Shown one piece after another: positions 1-10,224 of a stretch of 64,000 nt of DNA. The stretch's first letter is position 1; every line of letters starts with the position of its first letter. The stretch covers positions 160,001 through 224,000 of the forward strand of contig OZ242383.1 in assembly GCA_965209155.1 (NCBI GenBank). The letters run 5' to 3'. The translations under genes were made by a program, and so were the position numbers. Source of the DNA: a bacterium. GTDB lineage: Bacteria; SAR324; NAC60-12. The notes under the pieces were generated by a model. The model was not told the DNA's origin. It was given only the letters and a program-made list of their open reading frames with translations, and searched no databases.

Positions 1-109
1 GGTCAACTAAGGCTGAGTATCCTTTTGGCAATGTTTCGATGACTTGGACAGATAACGCTAAAAATTCGATGGAACATTGGTATACATCGAGTTTTTCATG
101 ATCTAACAT
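1..109 (-). CDS. Four-helix-bundle protein, 5' part (partial)
   Basis: ATG at 109 on minus strand, MLDHEKLDVYQ..., same as 16794 copy. Confidence 0.88.
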   Translation of the reverse strand, partial: MLDHEKLDVYQCSIEFLALSVQVIETLPKGYSALVD

Positions 110-218
110 GGCAGCCTTTTTCGTTCACGAGCACGAGCACGTCTTACGATGACGAACACGTTTTGCCCCCATCCTGGGGGCCTCTTCAAGCCACCGGCTC
201 TGCCGGTGGTGATGACTT
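1..218 (-). mobile_element. Copy 1 (partial, runs off window) of the ~568 bp four-helix-bundle element
   Basis: Near-exact reverse complement of 16686-16902, including hairpin CCACCGGC-AGA-GCCGGTGG and the ORF start. Confidence 0.92.
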
Positions 219-249
219 ATGACAGGTTTTCACTCCAGCAAGTACTGAA

Positions 250-1533
250 ATGATGGATGTCAACATTTTCAACGATTTCGCAAGCTACCAGGCTCATTCG
301 CAAAGCCTGGCGCCAGTCGATATTTCAGAGGTCGTTCAAAAAATAATAGAAAATGTTCGTCGAAACGGAGATACAGCCCTCCGTGCCTATACTGAAAAAT
401 TCGATAACGCCTGTGCTGAACAATTTCGCGTTTCAGAAAAGCAACTGCGACAGGCATTGACATACCTGGATCCCAAACTCAAACAAATTCTCGTCGATGC
501 AGGAAAAAACATTCGTCGCTTCCACCAGCGACAAAAAATTGAGAGCCAGTTGGAATTTTGCGACGATGGCACCGTGCTTGGCTGGAAAGTGACACCGATT
601 GATGCGGTTGGAATTTATGTTCCCGGAGGTGAAGCCGTCCTTTTTTCCACCCTGTTAATGAACGTCATTCCCGCCCAAGTTGCGCAAGTGCCACGTATCG
701 CAGTGGTCTCTCCCCCTCAAGCAAACGGTTTACCCTCTCCTTTGATGATGGCCGCCGCCGCCCTGATCGGGGTGAAGGAATTCTATGCAGTGGGAGGGGC
801 GCAAGCGATTGCTGCATTGGCGTTTGGCACGGAAAGTATTCCTCGAGTCTATAAAATCACTGGTCCCGGAAATCGTTACGTGGCCGAGGCAAAAAGACAA
901 GTTTACGGGACAGTGGGCGTTGAATCCATAGCGGGCCCTAGTGACATCTTGATCCTGTGTGACCAAGAAGACGCTTCCATAGAGTATCTGGCTTGGGATA
1001 TGCTGTCGCAAGCAGAGCATTCTCCCGATGCCCGGGCATTGCTGGTCACTACCTCTTCCTGCCAGGCAACTGCTGTTGCTAACCGGTTGCAGGAATTGTT
1101 TCCAAAGCTGGAAAGGCGTGAATTCGTCGAGGCTTCCTTCCAAGTGAATTCCGCGATTATCGTCGTTGACGACAATGATGCCGGATTTGAGGTTGTTAAT
1201 GAAATTGCACCGGAACACCTGGAGATTATCACCAACGATCCATTCCGGGACTTATATAAAGTGCGAAACGCAGGTGCCGTATTCCTGGGAGCAAATACTC
1301 CTGAGCCTGTGGGTGATTATTTTGCTGGCCCCAACCACACCTTGCCCACTTCGGGAGGCGCTAAATTTTCTTCCCCCCTGGGGGTGCAGGATTTTCTCAA
1401 AACCAGCTCGGTACTCCATTATTCAAAGGCACGATTGCAAAAAGAAGGCCCATCCATCATCGGATTTGCCGAAGCGGAAGAGCTGTACGCCCATGCTGCT
1501 GCCGTACAAGCGCGCCTGGATTCTGGAGATTGA
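250..1533 (+). CDS. hisD: Histidinol dehydrogenase
   Basis: GIYVPGG, GPGNRYV, SQAEH, APEHL, GDYFAGPNHTLPT motifs. Confidence 0.96.
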   Translation: MMDVNIFNDFASYQAHSQSLAPVDISEVVQKIIENVRRNGDTALRAYTEKFDNACAEQFRVSEKQLRQALTYLDPKLKQILVDAGKNIRRFHQRQKIESQLEFCDDGTVLGWKVTPIDAVGIYVPGGEAVLFSTLLMNVIPAQVAQVPRIAVVSPPQANGLPSPLMMAAAALIGVKEFYAVGGAQAIAALAFGTESIPRVYKITGPGNRYVAEAKRQVYGTVGVESIAGPSDILILCDQEDASIEYLAWDMLSQAEHSPDARALLVTTSSCQATAVANRLQELFPKLERREFVEASFQVNSAIIVVDDNDAGFEVVNEIAPEHLEIITNDPFRDLYKVRNAGAVFLGANTPEPVGDYFAGPNHTLPTSGGAKFSSPLGVQDFLKTSSVLHYSKARLQKEGPSIIGFAEAEELYAHAAAVQARLDSGD

Positions 1534-1686
1534 TTGCCCCTTACCATAGATTGTCTTCCTCATTGAACCTTTTTCATACCATCCACGGAATGTTGCAAAA
1601 AATTGTCTTATTGACCCCAGTCTTTTTTTGTTTTAAATATTTCTATTATCCATTCAAATCCCAATTTTTATTTGGAGAAAAAAACA

Positions 1687-2613
1687 ATGAGTGAAGTAAG
1701 AGAAACACAGTTGCATCAACTAGGGGGTCAAACCCGTATTGGTTGGATCGGCACAGGGGTCATGGGTCTATCCATGTGCGGACACGTAATGAAGGGTGGA
1801 TATGCAACCACGGTTTACAATCGTACCATTTCAAAAGCCCAACCCTTGCTGGAGCAAGGAGCGCAACTTGCGGATTCTCCCGAGGCGGTTGCCAGACAAT
1901 CGGACATAGTTTTCAGTATCGTCGGATTTCCTCAGGACGTGCAAGAGGTTTATTTAGGAAAGAATGGAATCCTGGCGGGTGCCAGGTCGGGAAGCATTCT
2001 TGTGGATATGACCACCACCGCTCCCAGTTTGGCTCAAGAGATCGACCAAGTTGCCCGGGAGAAAGGGATCTCTACTGTGGATGCTCCGGTTTCAGGAGGG
2101 GATGTAGGCGCACGCAACGCAGCACTTTCCATTATGGTAGGGGGGAACCAAACTGCAGTTGAAATCGTCATGCCTTTGTTTGAATTGATGGGCAAGCAAA
2201 TAGTCTACCAGGGACCTGCCGGAGCCGGACAACACGCCAAGATGTGCAACCAGATCACGATTTCAGGAACCATGATCGGGGTTTGCGAATGCTTGCTTTA
2301 TGGTCACAAAGCGGGATTGGACCTTGAAGTGATGCTCCAGTCCATAAGCGGTGGGGCCGCAGCGTGCTGGACCCTGGACAACCTGGCACCTCGCGTTCTC
2401 AAACGTAATTTCGACCCGGGTTTCTTTGTCGAACACTTCATCAAAGACATGAGCCTGGCTCTTGCTGAAGCAAAAAAGATGGGCATTGCCCTCCCGGGGC
2501 TGGCGCTGGTCCACCAACTCTACCTGGCGGTTCAGGCTCAGGGGCATGGTAAAAAAGGCACTCATGCCCTGATACTGGCATTGGAGCAAATCTCCGGCGT
2601 TAAAAATTCCTGA
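1687..2613 (+). CDS. 3-hydroxyisobutyrate/2-hydroxy-3-oxopropionate dehydrogenase family NAD(P)-dependent oxidoreductase
   Basis: GWIGTGVMG, DAPVSGG, AKMCNQ; ATG 1687 after GGAG. Confidence 0.9.
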   Translation: MSEVRETQLHQLGGQTRIGWIGTGVMGLSMCGHVMKGGYATTVYNRTISKAQPLLEQGAQLADSPEAVARQSDIVFSIVGFPQDVQEVYLGKNGILAGARSGSILVDMTTTAPSLAQEIDQVAREKGISTVDAPVSGGDVGARNAALSIMVGGNQTAVEIVMPLFELMGKQIVYQGPAGAGQHAKMCNQITISGTMIGVCECLLYGHKAGLDLEVMLQSISGGAAACWTLDNLAPRVLKRNFDPGFFVEHFIKDMSLALAEAKKMGIALPGLALVHQLYLAVQAQGHGKKGTHALILALEQISGVKNS

Positions 2614-2637
2614 AGGACCTTGGGAAGCATGAGATAA

Positions 2638-3612
2638 TCACTCGCTTCGTTTTCCATGCCATATTCTCGGGTGGGATTGCAAATCTCTGACAATCTGTAA
2701 AACATGCCAACCACCAGGCAACAGAGCTTCCAAATCCGGGGCCTGATTGTATCCAATCTCGAGGAGCATTTGTCCTTCCGGCTTGAGAAAATATTTTCCC
2801 TGATTAAATAGATAACGATAAAAATCCAAGCCGTCTTCTCCTCCGTCTAACGCTTGTCGGGGTTCGTAAAGGGTGATTTCTTTTTGCAGTCCGGAGATAT
2901 GCGCTGTGGGAATATAGGGAGGATTGCTCACGATAAAATCAAATTTTGTGGAATCGTTGAGCATGTCAAAACGATCTCCTCGAGCCAGATGGATGCGGTT
3001 TTTCCGTGGTGTGATCAAATGGGAATAGAATTTGATATTTTTTGCAGCGATTCGCAATGCGCTTATGCAGATGTCAATCGAAACAATGATTAGATTCTTC
3101 AAACTGCTGCATAAAGCCAGCGGAATGGCGGCTGTCCCCGTACCCATTTCCAGAATCCTGCAAGGCTGTTTATCATGAATGGACTGCCATGCGTTCACGG
3201 CGGAGCAGAGCTGTTCCACCAGAGTTTCCGTATCGGGACGAGGAATGAGAACCCCTTCTTTCGCAATCAAGGTCAACGTCCAAAAATCTTTTTTTCCCAG
3301 CAAATAGGCAACAGGAGTTCCCTGGATGCGTTTTTTCACCAATGCTTGATAGTTTTTTTGTTCTTCTGGCAGTAGCGGTTTGTTGTAATTCAGATACAAA
3401 TCAACCCGGCTGTATTGAGCGACGAATGCTAAGAGCAGTTCAGCATCGAGGCGGGGAGAAGCAATTTGATGCGTTTCGAAGCAGCGGCAAGCTCTTTCAA
3501 TAGCCGTGCGGACTGTGCAAAATTGTCCAGGGGGATTCACAACGATAGAAGAATTATGTTGGGTTTGACTCTCGCTTTGATCCCGTTGTTTAAGCGAATT
3601 ACTATTGTTCAT
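2638..3612 (-). CDS. prmC: Release factor glutamine methyltransferase (HemK)
   Basis: VLIPRPDTE, SNPPY, ALDGGEDGL; true start uncertain. Confidence 0.93.
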   Translation of the reverse strand: MNNSNSLKQRDQSESQTQHNSSIVVNPPGQFCTVRTAIERACRCFETHQIASPRLDAELLLAFVAQYSRVDLYLNYNKPLLPEEQKNYQALVKKRIQGTPVAYLLGKKDFWTLTLIAKEGVLIPRPDTETLVEQLCSAVNAWQSIHDKQPCRILEMGTGTAAIPLALCSSLKNLIIVSIDICISALRIAAKNIKFYSHLITPRKNRIHLARGDRFDMLNDSTKFDFIVSNPPYIPTAHISGLQKEITLYEPRQALDGGEDGLDFYRYLFNQGKYFLKPEGQMLLEIGYNQAPDLEALLPGGWHVLQIVRDLQSHPRIWHGKRSE

Positions 3613-3617
3613 CGATT

Positions 3618-5420
3618 TTACATCCGTTCAGGAGGCGTAATTCCCAATAAAAACATACCTTCCTTCAAGGCCTCCGCCACGCAATGAAAAAGCAATAATC
3701 GCGCTTCCTGCAGGGAAGGAGACTCAGCATGGAGGACTGAGCAAGTCGTATAGGCGCGGCTGAACATCTTGGCCAAATCAAAAAGCATACGCGCTATCAT
3801 CGACGGTCTGAATTGTTCTCCGGCTTCCCATACCGTGTCATTGAAATCATAGAGCAAACGGATCAGTTCCTGCTCATTCGGATGTACCAGCAAATTAAAA
3901 TCTACATCGGTGGAAACCTTCGAGACTGCAAGTTGACCGGGGTGATTTTTTCGTACAAGCTTGCGAGTGATACTGCGAATGCGAACATAGGCGTAAATCA
4001 GATAAGTTCCGGTATCTCCTTCTGACACCAACCAGTCTTCCATGGCAAAAACAATGGGTTTGCCGGCATCTTGATTGAGCATTCCATATTTAATGGCGGC
4101 AACACCCACCCGACGTGTGGTTTCCTCAATCTCGTCATCATGCCATTCACCCCGGAATTTATCCAAATAGTTTTCCTGAATATATGTTTTCATTTTTTTT
4201 TGAAGCAGGGAGAACAAGAAAACGTTTCCGGTGCGTGAACTCATCTTTCCGGAGGGTAAGCGCACGAGTCCATAAGAAAGATGAATACATTGCCTGGCTT
4301 GTTCATATCCCATGCGCTTCAGAGTTTCAAAGACTTGCTTGAAGTGCAGGTTTTGTTCTGACCCAACCACATAAATGGAACGATCAATATGGAAATCATC
4401 GAATTTCCGTTTTGCTAACGCCAAATCCTTAGTGGAATACAAAGTATTGCCATCAGACTTCAACAGGAGGAAAAATCCCAGGTCCGCCGTTTCCAAATTG
4501 ATACCAATGGCACCTTTCGATCGTTCGAATGTTCCTTTTTGCAGTTCCTGAAACACAATTTGCTTCCCCTCTTCATCGAATTGGGATTCAAAGAAAATCT
4601 CGTCGAACCGGACATCGAGCCACTGGTAAATACTCTCGAAATCATCCAAAGACCATTGCCGGGTTTCTTGCCAGGTTTTCGTAATTTCAGGTTCCTTTGC
4701 TTCCAGGAGTTTCAGGATCAGACCTGCTTCTTCCAGATAATTTTTCCGAACTTCTTCAGTCGCGTCCGCAATTTTTTGTTCAGCTTTCGTATAGAGCACG
4801 CCCAGCCATTCTCCTCGCAAAATCTCCGGAACCGGCTCTTGATTGAAATTCAGGTAATACCAGAGACACTTTGCAATGTGGACCCCTGAGTCACCAATAT
4901 AATTGGCAGCCACGATCTCATAACCATTGTAACGAAAAATGCGGCAAAGACTGTCTCCCAAGGCGATATTACGCATATGGCCCATATGAAATCCCTTGTG
5001 CGTATTTGGCTGAGAAAACTCAATCATGATGCGCGGTTGCAATTCGGTTTTCCGAGTAAGTCGTTCGTTGTATTTAAAGAATTCACCATCGGCTATTCGA
5101 GGCAAAGTGAGTGAAGCCATCAAAGATAGCGAGACCCGGAAATTGACGTATGGGCCGAGCGCATAGACTCCTGTCAGGGCTTTGTGTCGTGACAGGTGGG
5201 ATTGTATGGTGGAAACGAGGGTCTTCGCAACCAGAGAAGGCGATTTACGAATAGAACGACTCAAGGTGAAACAGGGGAAAGCATAATCTCCCATTTCCTG
5301 CTTGGGAGGACGTTCAATCAACCTTTCCAGTTCTTTTATTGAATAATCACCTTGCTCCGGGTCGAGTTCCCGGAGCGAATCGGCAATGAGTTGGCAAATG
5401 GCAATTTTAAAACTATTCAT
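3618..5420 (-). CDS. argS: Arginine--tRNA ligase
   Basis: EFSQPNTHKGFHMGH, KMSSRTG, C-terminal ERM; start placed at MNSFK. Confidence 0.95.
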   Translation of the reverse strand: MNSFKIAICQLIADSLRELDPEQGDYSIKELERLIERPPKQEMGDYAFPCFTLSRSIRKSPSLVAKTLVSTIQSHLSRHKALTGVYALGPYVNFRVSLSLMASLTLPRIADGEFFKYNERLTRKTELQPRIMIEFSQPNTHKGFHMGHMRNIALGDSLCRIFRYNGYEIVAANYIGDSGVHIAKCLWYYLNFNQEPVPEILRGEWLGVLYTKAEQKIADATEEVRKNYLEEAGLILKLLEAKEPEITKTWQETRQWSLDDFESIYQWLDVRFDEIFFESQFDEEGKQIVFQELQKGTFERSKGAIGINLETADLGFFLLLKSDGNTLYSTKDLALAKRKFDDFHIDRSIYVVGSEQNLHFKQVFETLKRMGYEQARQCIHLSYGLVRLPSGKMSSRTGNVFLFSLLQKKMKTYIQENYLDKFRGEWHDDEIEETTRRVGVAAIKYGMLNQDAGKPIVFAMEDWLVSEGDTGTYLIYAYVRIRSITRKLVRKNHPGQLAVSKVSTDVDFNLLVHPNEQELIRLLYDFNDTVWEAGEQFRPSMIARMLFDLAKMFSRAYTTCSVLHAESPSLQEARLLLFHCVAEALKEGMFLLGITPPERM

Positions 5421-5469
5421 AGGCAAGATGTTTCCCTGTCGATATCCAGGGAATTCAGACAAGAACCGT

Positions 5470-6516
5470 TCAGTCCAGTGCAATCGTAGAAAGCAGATTC
5501 ATCTGACTGAGCATTTTTCCACTCCCCATGGCGACCGAGGTCAATGGGTCTTCCGCAAGAGAAACCGGCAAACCGGTACGTTCTCTGAGCAATACATTCA
5601 AACCCTGCAACAGAGAACCACCTCCAGCCAGGATAACGCCTTTGTCGACAATGTCCGATACCAATTCGGGAGGTGTTTTTTCCAATGCATTGCGTACCGT
5701 GTACACAATGGCTTCACACACGTCGGACAAAGCTTCGCGAATTTCTTCGTCGTTGAGGGGTAGGGTTTTGGGAATCCCGGTGACCAAATCCCGTCCTTTC
5801 ACATCAATTGTTTTATTTTTGTCGAGGGGAAAAGCGGACCCTACCTTGATTTTGATCTCTTCTGCAGTTCTTTCGCCTATGAGCACGTTATATTTCTGTT
5901 TCACATACTGCACGATGGTTTCATCCATTTTATTTCCACCCACTCGAGTGGAATCACTGAAAACAATACCTGCCAGAGAAATCACTGCCACTTCCGTGGT
6001 CCCCCCACCAATGTCTACGATCATATTTCCGCTGGCTTCTGTAATCGGCAGTCCTGCACCAATGGCAGCCGCCATCGGTTCTTCAATCAAAAAAACGTCT
6101 TTGGCGCCTGCAGATTTAGCCGATTCCCGGACGGCTCGTTTTTCCACTTGAGTGATACCCGAAGGAACAGCCACGATGATTCGAGGTCTCAGACGGAATA
6201 AATGCTCCCTACGCTTTTGTACCTGCCGGATGAAATAACGCAGCATTTCTTCAACAATTTCGAAATCGGAAATCACTCCATCTTTCATAGGACGAATGGC
6301 AACAATACTTCCGGGAGTCCTTCCCAACATAGTTTTCGCCTCTTTTCCCACTGCCAGAACTTTTACCGAATTTCTTGCGTCCGTTTTAATCGCTACTACC
6401 GACGGTTCCCGGATCAGAATCCCATGCCCACGCATGAAAACCAGCGTATTGGCCGTTCCCAAGTCAATCGCCAGGTCCTCTGAAAAATAATTCATGAATG
6501 AACTGAAAACACCCAT
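5470..6516 (-). CDS. mreB: Rod shape-determining protein MreB
   Basis: IDLGTANT, DIGGGTTE, IEEPMAAAIGAG. Confidence 0.97.
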   Translation of the reverse strand: MGVFSSFMNYFSEDLAIDLGTANTLVFMRGHGILIREPSVVAIKTDARNSVKVLAVGKEAKTMLGRTPGSIVAIRPMKDGVISDFEIVEEMLRYFIRQVQKRREHLFRLRPRIIVAVPSGITQVEKRAVRESAKSAGAKDVFLIEEPMAAAIGAGLPITEASGNMIVDIGGGTTEVAVISLAGIVFSDSTRVGGNKMDETIVQYVKQKYNVLIGERTAEEIKIKVGSAFPLDKNKTIDVKGRDLVTGIPKTLPLNDEEIREALSDVCEAIVYTVRNALEKTPPELVSDIVDKGVILAGGGSLLQGLNVLLRERTGLPVSLAEDPLTSVAMGSGKMLSQMNLLSTIALD

Positions 6517-6721
6517 ATCTCCTCTTCAATGAATTAGGCAAAAAAATATTTTTAGAAAGGATTCGTCGCTATTCCATATCTTTATCGACCTGACTTGTTT
6601 CCTTCTGCCAACCGAGCTGGTTAAAAAAACCGGAGAAACCAAAATTTTGAAATTTGATTTTTTTGAGACTGACGGCACTGTCATTATTCCTGGTGCGTCC
6701 CGTTGCCTGATCGCGATCTTG

Positions 6722-6949
6722 CTATTTCTGTTTGGACACCCGTTCTCTTTGAATGATACGTCCACGATCCAAATCATAAGGGGACAACTCCACTTTTACC
6801 GTATCCCCTGGCAAAACACGGATTTTGTACATTTTCATTTTTCCGGACAGGTGTCCGATGACGACATGCTTATTTTCCAGTTGAACACGAAATATTCCTT
6901 TTGAAGAATCAAGTACTACACCATCAAATACCAATTTTTCTTCACTCAA
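6722..6949 (-). CDS. infA: Translation initiation factor IF-1
   Basis: [36 protein letters not shown] start after AAAGGA. Confidence 0.93.
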   Translation of the reverse strand: MSEEKLVFDGVVLDSSKGIFRVQLENKHVVIGHLSGKMKMYKIRVLPGDTVKVELSPYDLDRGRIIQRERVSKQK

Positions 6950-7217
6950 TTGCTTCCTTTCTTTTTTTAATGACAGAAAAAATCTCAAAATCCTGCACGT
7001 ACGACAGTCTCATTTTTCAATTCTTGAACGGAGGTACGATAGCGCTTAGATTATTAAAGCGTTAAGATATAACAGAAAGTAAAGGCAATAAAAAGATTAA
7101 GTATCGATGAATGCGTTTTCAGTCAGACACTATCTTTAATTATTTTATGGTGTACCATAGCGGCTTAAGATGACAGAAATTGCGTTAACGGCATCGCAAC
7201 AGGTTTGATTGAAGGGT

Positions 7218-7785
7218 GAATTATCACCGCCGGCAGAGCCGGTGGCTTGAAGAGGCCCCCAGTATGAGGGCAATACGTGTTCGTCATCGTAAGACGTGCT
7301 CGTGCTCGTGAACGAAAAAGGCTGCCATGTCAGATCATGAAAAACTCGATGTATACCAATGTTCCATCGAATTTTTAGCGTTATCTGTCCAAGTCATCGA
7401 AACATTGCCAAAAGGATACTCAGCCTTAGTTGACCAACTGAAAAGGGCCTCATGGTCGATTCCTCTCAATATCGCAGAAGGCTGTGGAAAAAATTCCTTT
7501 CCTGACAAGTAACGATTCTATGCATTTGCCCGAGGTTCCGCAATGGAATGCGCTGCTATTCTCGATGTTTTAAACGTGTTGAAGATCATCCAGCCTCCTT
7601 TATTTGACGAAGGGAAACAGTTACTTCATCGCATTGTTTCTATGTTAACCAAAATGTGGCGTCGAATTCACTGACCGTTCACGAGCACGAGCACGGCTAA
7701 CGGACACGGATACGTTTCTCATGTCTGACCGGCAAAGCCGATTAGGTTCGCACCAGCAGAGCTGGTGGTTTAATGAGATTAATTA
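7218..7785 (+). mobile_element. Copy 2 of the four-helix-bundle element (ORF inactivated)
   Basis: Near-identical to 8685-9252; hairpin ends; ends GAGATTAATTA. Confidence 0.92.
7327..7674 (+). pseudogene. Four-helix-bundle protein with nonsense mutation
   Basis: CAA in the other copies is TAA at 7510-7512; frame continues to TGA 7672-7674. Confidence 0.92.
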
Positions 7786-7798
7786 TCGGAGAATTCAG

Positions 7799-8671
7799 GT
7801 GGAGCGGTTTATCAAGGTAAAACCCCGATTTCTTCAGTCCGGAGATCGCAGGTTGTCTTTGGAGCATCCTCTATTGGTAGGGGTCTTGAATGTAACCCCG
7901 GATTCCTTTTCAGATGGAGGAAAGTTTGCCGATCCGCAATCCGCGCTCCTGCATGCGCGTCAAATGATCGAGATGGGGGCCGACTGGATCGACATTGGAG
8001 GTGAATCTTCGGGCCCTGGTAGCCAAGCTGTGTCATTGGAGGTGGAGTTGCAGCGCACGCTTCCCATCATCCGGGCATTGCGTCGGGAAAGCGATATTTG
8101 GATTTCCGTGGATACCTATAAAGCAGAAACCGCTCGACAGGCCATCGCCGCTGGTGCCAATGCAATCAATGACGTCACCGCACTCAGAGGTGATCCCGAA
8201 ATGATTCAGACTGTGGCTGAAAGCGGGGTTCCCCTGGTAATCACTTACTCAAAAGATCCAAATGCCCGCACCACCAAAACCCGCACCACTTACCTGAATG
8301 TCGTAAAAACCGTTGAAACATTTTTTCAGAGTCGTTTGAGTTGGTTACGAAGTGAGGGAATCCCACTGCAAAACGTAATTCTCGATCCAGGAATGGGATA
8401 TTTCGTCAGTGGTCATTCTCGTTACAGTTTTGAAATCTTGCGCCGGTTGCCAGAACTGGTTAGATGGGGCTTTCCCATTATGGTGAGTGCTTCCCGTAAA
8501 TCCTTTTTAGCCGAGGTTTCTCCCGGACAATTTTTAACTCCTCAACAAAGAGAAGTTCCAACCCTTGTTGCCACCAGTATTGCAATCTGGCAAGGCGCTT
8601 CGTTGCTCAGATTGCACGATGTTCAGCATGGAAGATTGGTTTTAGATACATTACGAAAACTACAGGAATAG
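7799..8671 (+). CDS. folP: Dihydropteroate synthase with Sul-like loop
   Basis: LNVTPDSFSDGG, DIGGESS, DPGMGYF, SRKSF, RLHDV; GTG 7799 after GGAGA. Confidence 0.93.
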   Translation: MERFIKVKPRFLQSGDRRLSLEHPLLVGVLNVTPDSFSDGGKFADPQSALLHARQMIEMGADWIDIGGESSGPGSQAVSLEVELQRTLPIIRALRRESDIWISVDTYKAETARQAIAAGANAINDVTALRGDPEMIQTVAESGVPLVITYSKDPNARTTKTRTTYLNVVKTVETFFQSRLSWLRSEGIPLQNVILDPGMGYFVSGHSRYSFEILRRLPELVRWGFPIMVSASRKSFLAEVSPGQFLTPQQREVPTLVATSIAIWQGASLLRLHDVQHGRLVLDTLRKLQE

Positions 8672-8684
8672 ATTTGTATCCATA

Positions 8685-9252
8685 AAGTCATCACCACCGG
8701 CAGAGCCGGTGGCTTGAAGAGGCCCCCAGTATGAGGGCAAAACGTGTTCGTCATCGTAAGACGTGCTCGTGCTCGTGAATGAAAAAGGCTGTCATGTTAG
8801 ATCATGAAAAACTCGATGTATACCAATGTTCCATCGAATTTTTAGCGTTATCTGTCCAAGTCATCGAAACATTGCCAAAAGGATACTCAGCCTTAGTTGA
8901 CCAACTGAAAAGGGCCTCATGGTCGATTCCTCTCAATATCGCAGAAGGCTGTGGAAAAAATTCCTTTCCTGACAAGCAACGATTCTATGCATTTGCCCGA
9001 GGTTCCGCAATGGAATGCGCTGCTATTCTCGATGTTTTAAACGTGTTGAAGATCATCCAGCCTCCTTTATTTGACGAAGGGAAACAGTTACTTCATCGCA
9101 TTGTTTCTATGTTAACCAAAATGTGCCGTCGAATTCACTGACCGTTCACGAGCACGAGCACGGCTCACGGACACGGATACGTTTCTCATGTCTGACCGGC
9201 AAAGCCTATTAGGTTCGCACCAGCAGAGCTGGTGGTTTAATGAGATTAATTA
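8685..9252 (+). mobile_element. Copy 3 of the four-helix-bundle element
   Basis: Same ends and length as copies 2 and 4; no target duplication. Confidence 0.92.
8794..9141 (+). CDS. Four-helix-bundle protein (23S rRNA IVS protein / TIGR02436-like, Avd-related fold)
   Basis: HEKLDVYQ, DQLKRASWSIPLNIAEG, ARGSAMEC motifs; 115 aa. Confidence 0.9.
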   Translation: MLDHEKLDVYQCSIEFLALSVQVIETLPKGYSALVDQLKRASWSIPLNIAEGCGKNSFPDKQRFYAFARGSAMECAAILDVLNVLKIIQPPLFDEGKQLLHRIVSMLTKMCRRIH

Positions 9253-9260
9253 TTTTTAGA

Positions 9261-9289
9261 TTGACAAACAATTTTTTTCAGCTTAAACT
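9261..9289 (+). promoter_or_regulatory. Sigma70-type promoter for the tRNA pair
   Basis: TTGACA-N17-TAAACT just upstream of tRNA-Glu. Confidence 0.7.
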
Positions 9290-9305
9290 CATGAGTCTTT
9301 GTTGC

Positions 9306-9382
9306 GTCCCCATCGTCTAGTCGGCCAAGGACTCCGCCCTTTCACGGCGGCAACAGGGGTTCGAATCCCCTTGGGGATGCCA
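9306..9382 (+). tRNA. tRNA-Glu(TTC)
   Basis: GTCCCCA/TGGGGAT acceptor, CCGCC-CTTTCAC-GGCGG anticodon arm, GGTTCGAATCC, encoded CCA. Confidence 0.96.
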
Positions 9383-9419
9383 GAAGAAAGCATTTCATAT
9401 CCCATCAAGTCGTATCATC

Positions 9420-9495
9420 GGGGACGTAGCTCAGCTGGGAGAGCACGACGCTGGCAGCGTCGGGGTCAGGGGTTCGATTCCCCTCGTCTCCACCA
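9420..9495 (+). tRNA. tRNA-Ala(GGC)
   Basis: GGGGACG/CGTCTCC acceptor with G3:U70, CGACG-CTGGCAG-CGTCG arm, CCA end. Confidence 0.96.
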
Positions 9496-9622
9496 TCCTT
9501 TCGTCGATCAACGAGAAGTGACCGGGCAGAGAGAAGGAAAAACAAAAAATTTCTTGATATAATTTACTTTATTGGATAATAATTCAGACTGATAGACTTT
9601 CTAAATGAAGCCGGAGAATTCC

Positions 9623-9937
9623 ATGTACGCCATTATCGAGACAGGAGGTAAGCAATACCGGGTGGAGCCAGGGCGAGAGATTCAGGTCGATCTTCTCTCG
9701 AACGAACCCGGTTCGTCTTTTGAAACTGATCAAGTGTTGTTGATGCATGATGGTTCCCAAACCCATGTGGGTGTGCCGAGAGTCGAAGGAGCGGTGGTCA
9801 AAGGGACTGTGCTGGAACACGCAAAAGGAAAGAAAATTGTTGTTTTCAAAATGAAACGTCGCAAAGGATACCGTCGCACCAAGGGGCATCGACAGCAATA
9901 CACGCGAATTAAAATTGATTCGATTCATATAAACTGA
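9623..9937 (+). CDS. rplU: 50S ribosomal protein L21
   Basis: [12 protein letters not shown]...GHRQQYT. Confidence 0.97.
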   Translation: MYAIIETGGKQYRVEPGREIQVDLLSNEPGSSFETDQVLLMHDGSQTHVGVPRVEGAVVKGTVLEHAKGKKIVVFKMKRRKGYRRTKGHRQQYTRIKIDSIHIN

Positions 9938-9948
9938 GAAAGGGAATC

Positions 9949-10224
9949 ATGGCTCATAAAAAGGCAGGTGGCAGCAGCCGCAATGGTAGAGACTCGGCCG
10001 GTAAACGTCGAGGCGTTAAACGATTTGGAGGTCAATTCGTAAAAAGTGGCACGATTATCGTGCGTCAGGTAGGATCGACCTTTCACGCAGGCAGAAATGT
10101 GGGGACGGGAAGAGACTTTACGTTGTTTGCGCTCAGCGACGGTTTTGTCGAATTTGTGAGAAAGCGTCACAGACACACTACTTCAGAACGAAAGTTCATC
10201 AACGTCATTCCTGCTCAACAATGA
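9949..10224 (+). CDS. rpmA: 50S ribosomal protein L27
   Basis: [16 protein letters not shown]. Confidence 0.97.
   Translation: MAHKKAGGSSRNGRDSAGKRRGVKRFGGQFVKSGTIIVRQVGSTFHAGRNVGTGRDFTLFALSDGFVEFVRKRHRHTTSERKFINVIPAQQ

Noticed and set aside
7721..7798. N-terminal extension of FolP in the ORF track
   Set aside because: It is read from the element end; GTG 7799 has its own RBS
9299..9562. 87 aa ORF
   Set aside because: It overlaps two clear tRNA genes
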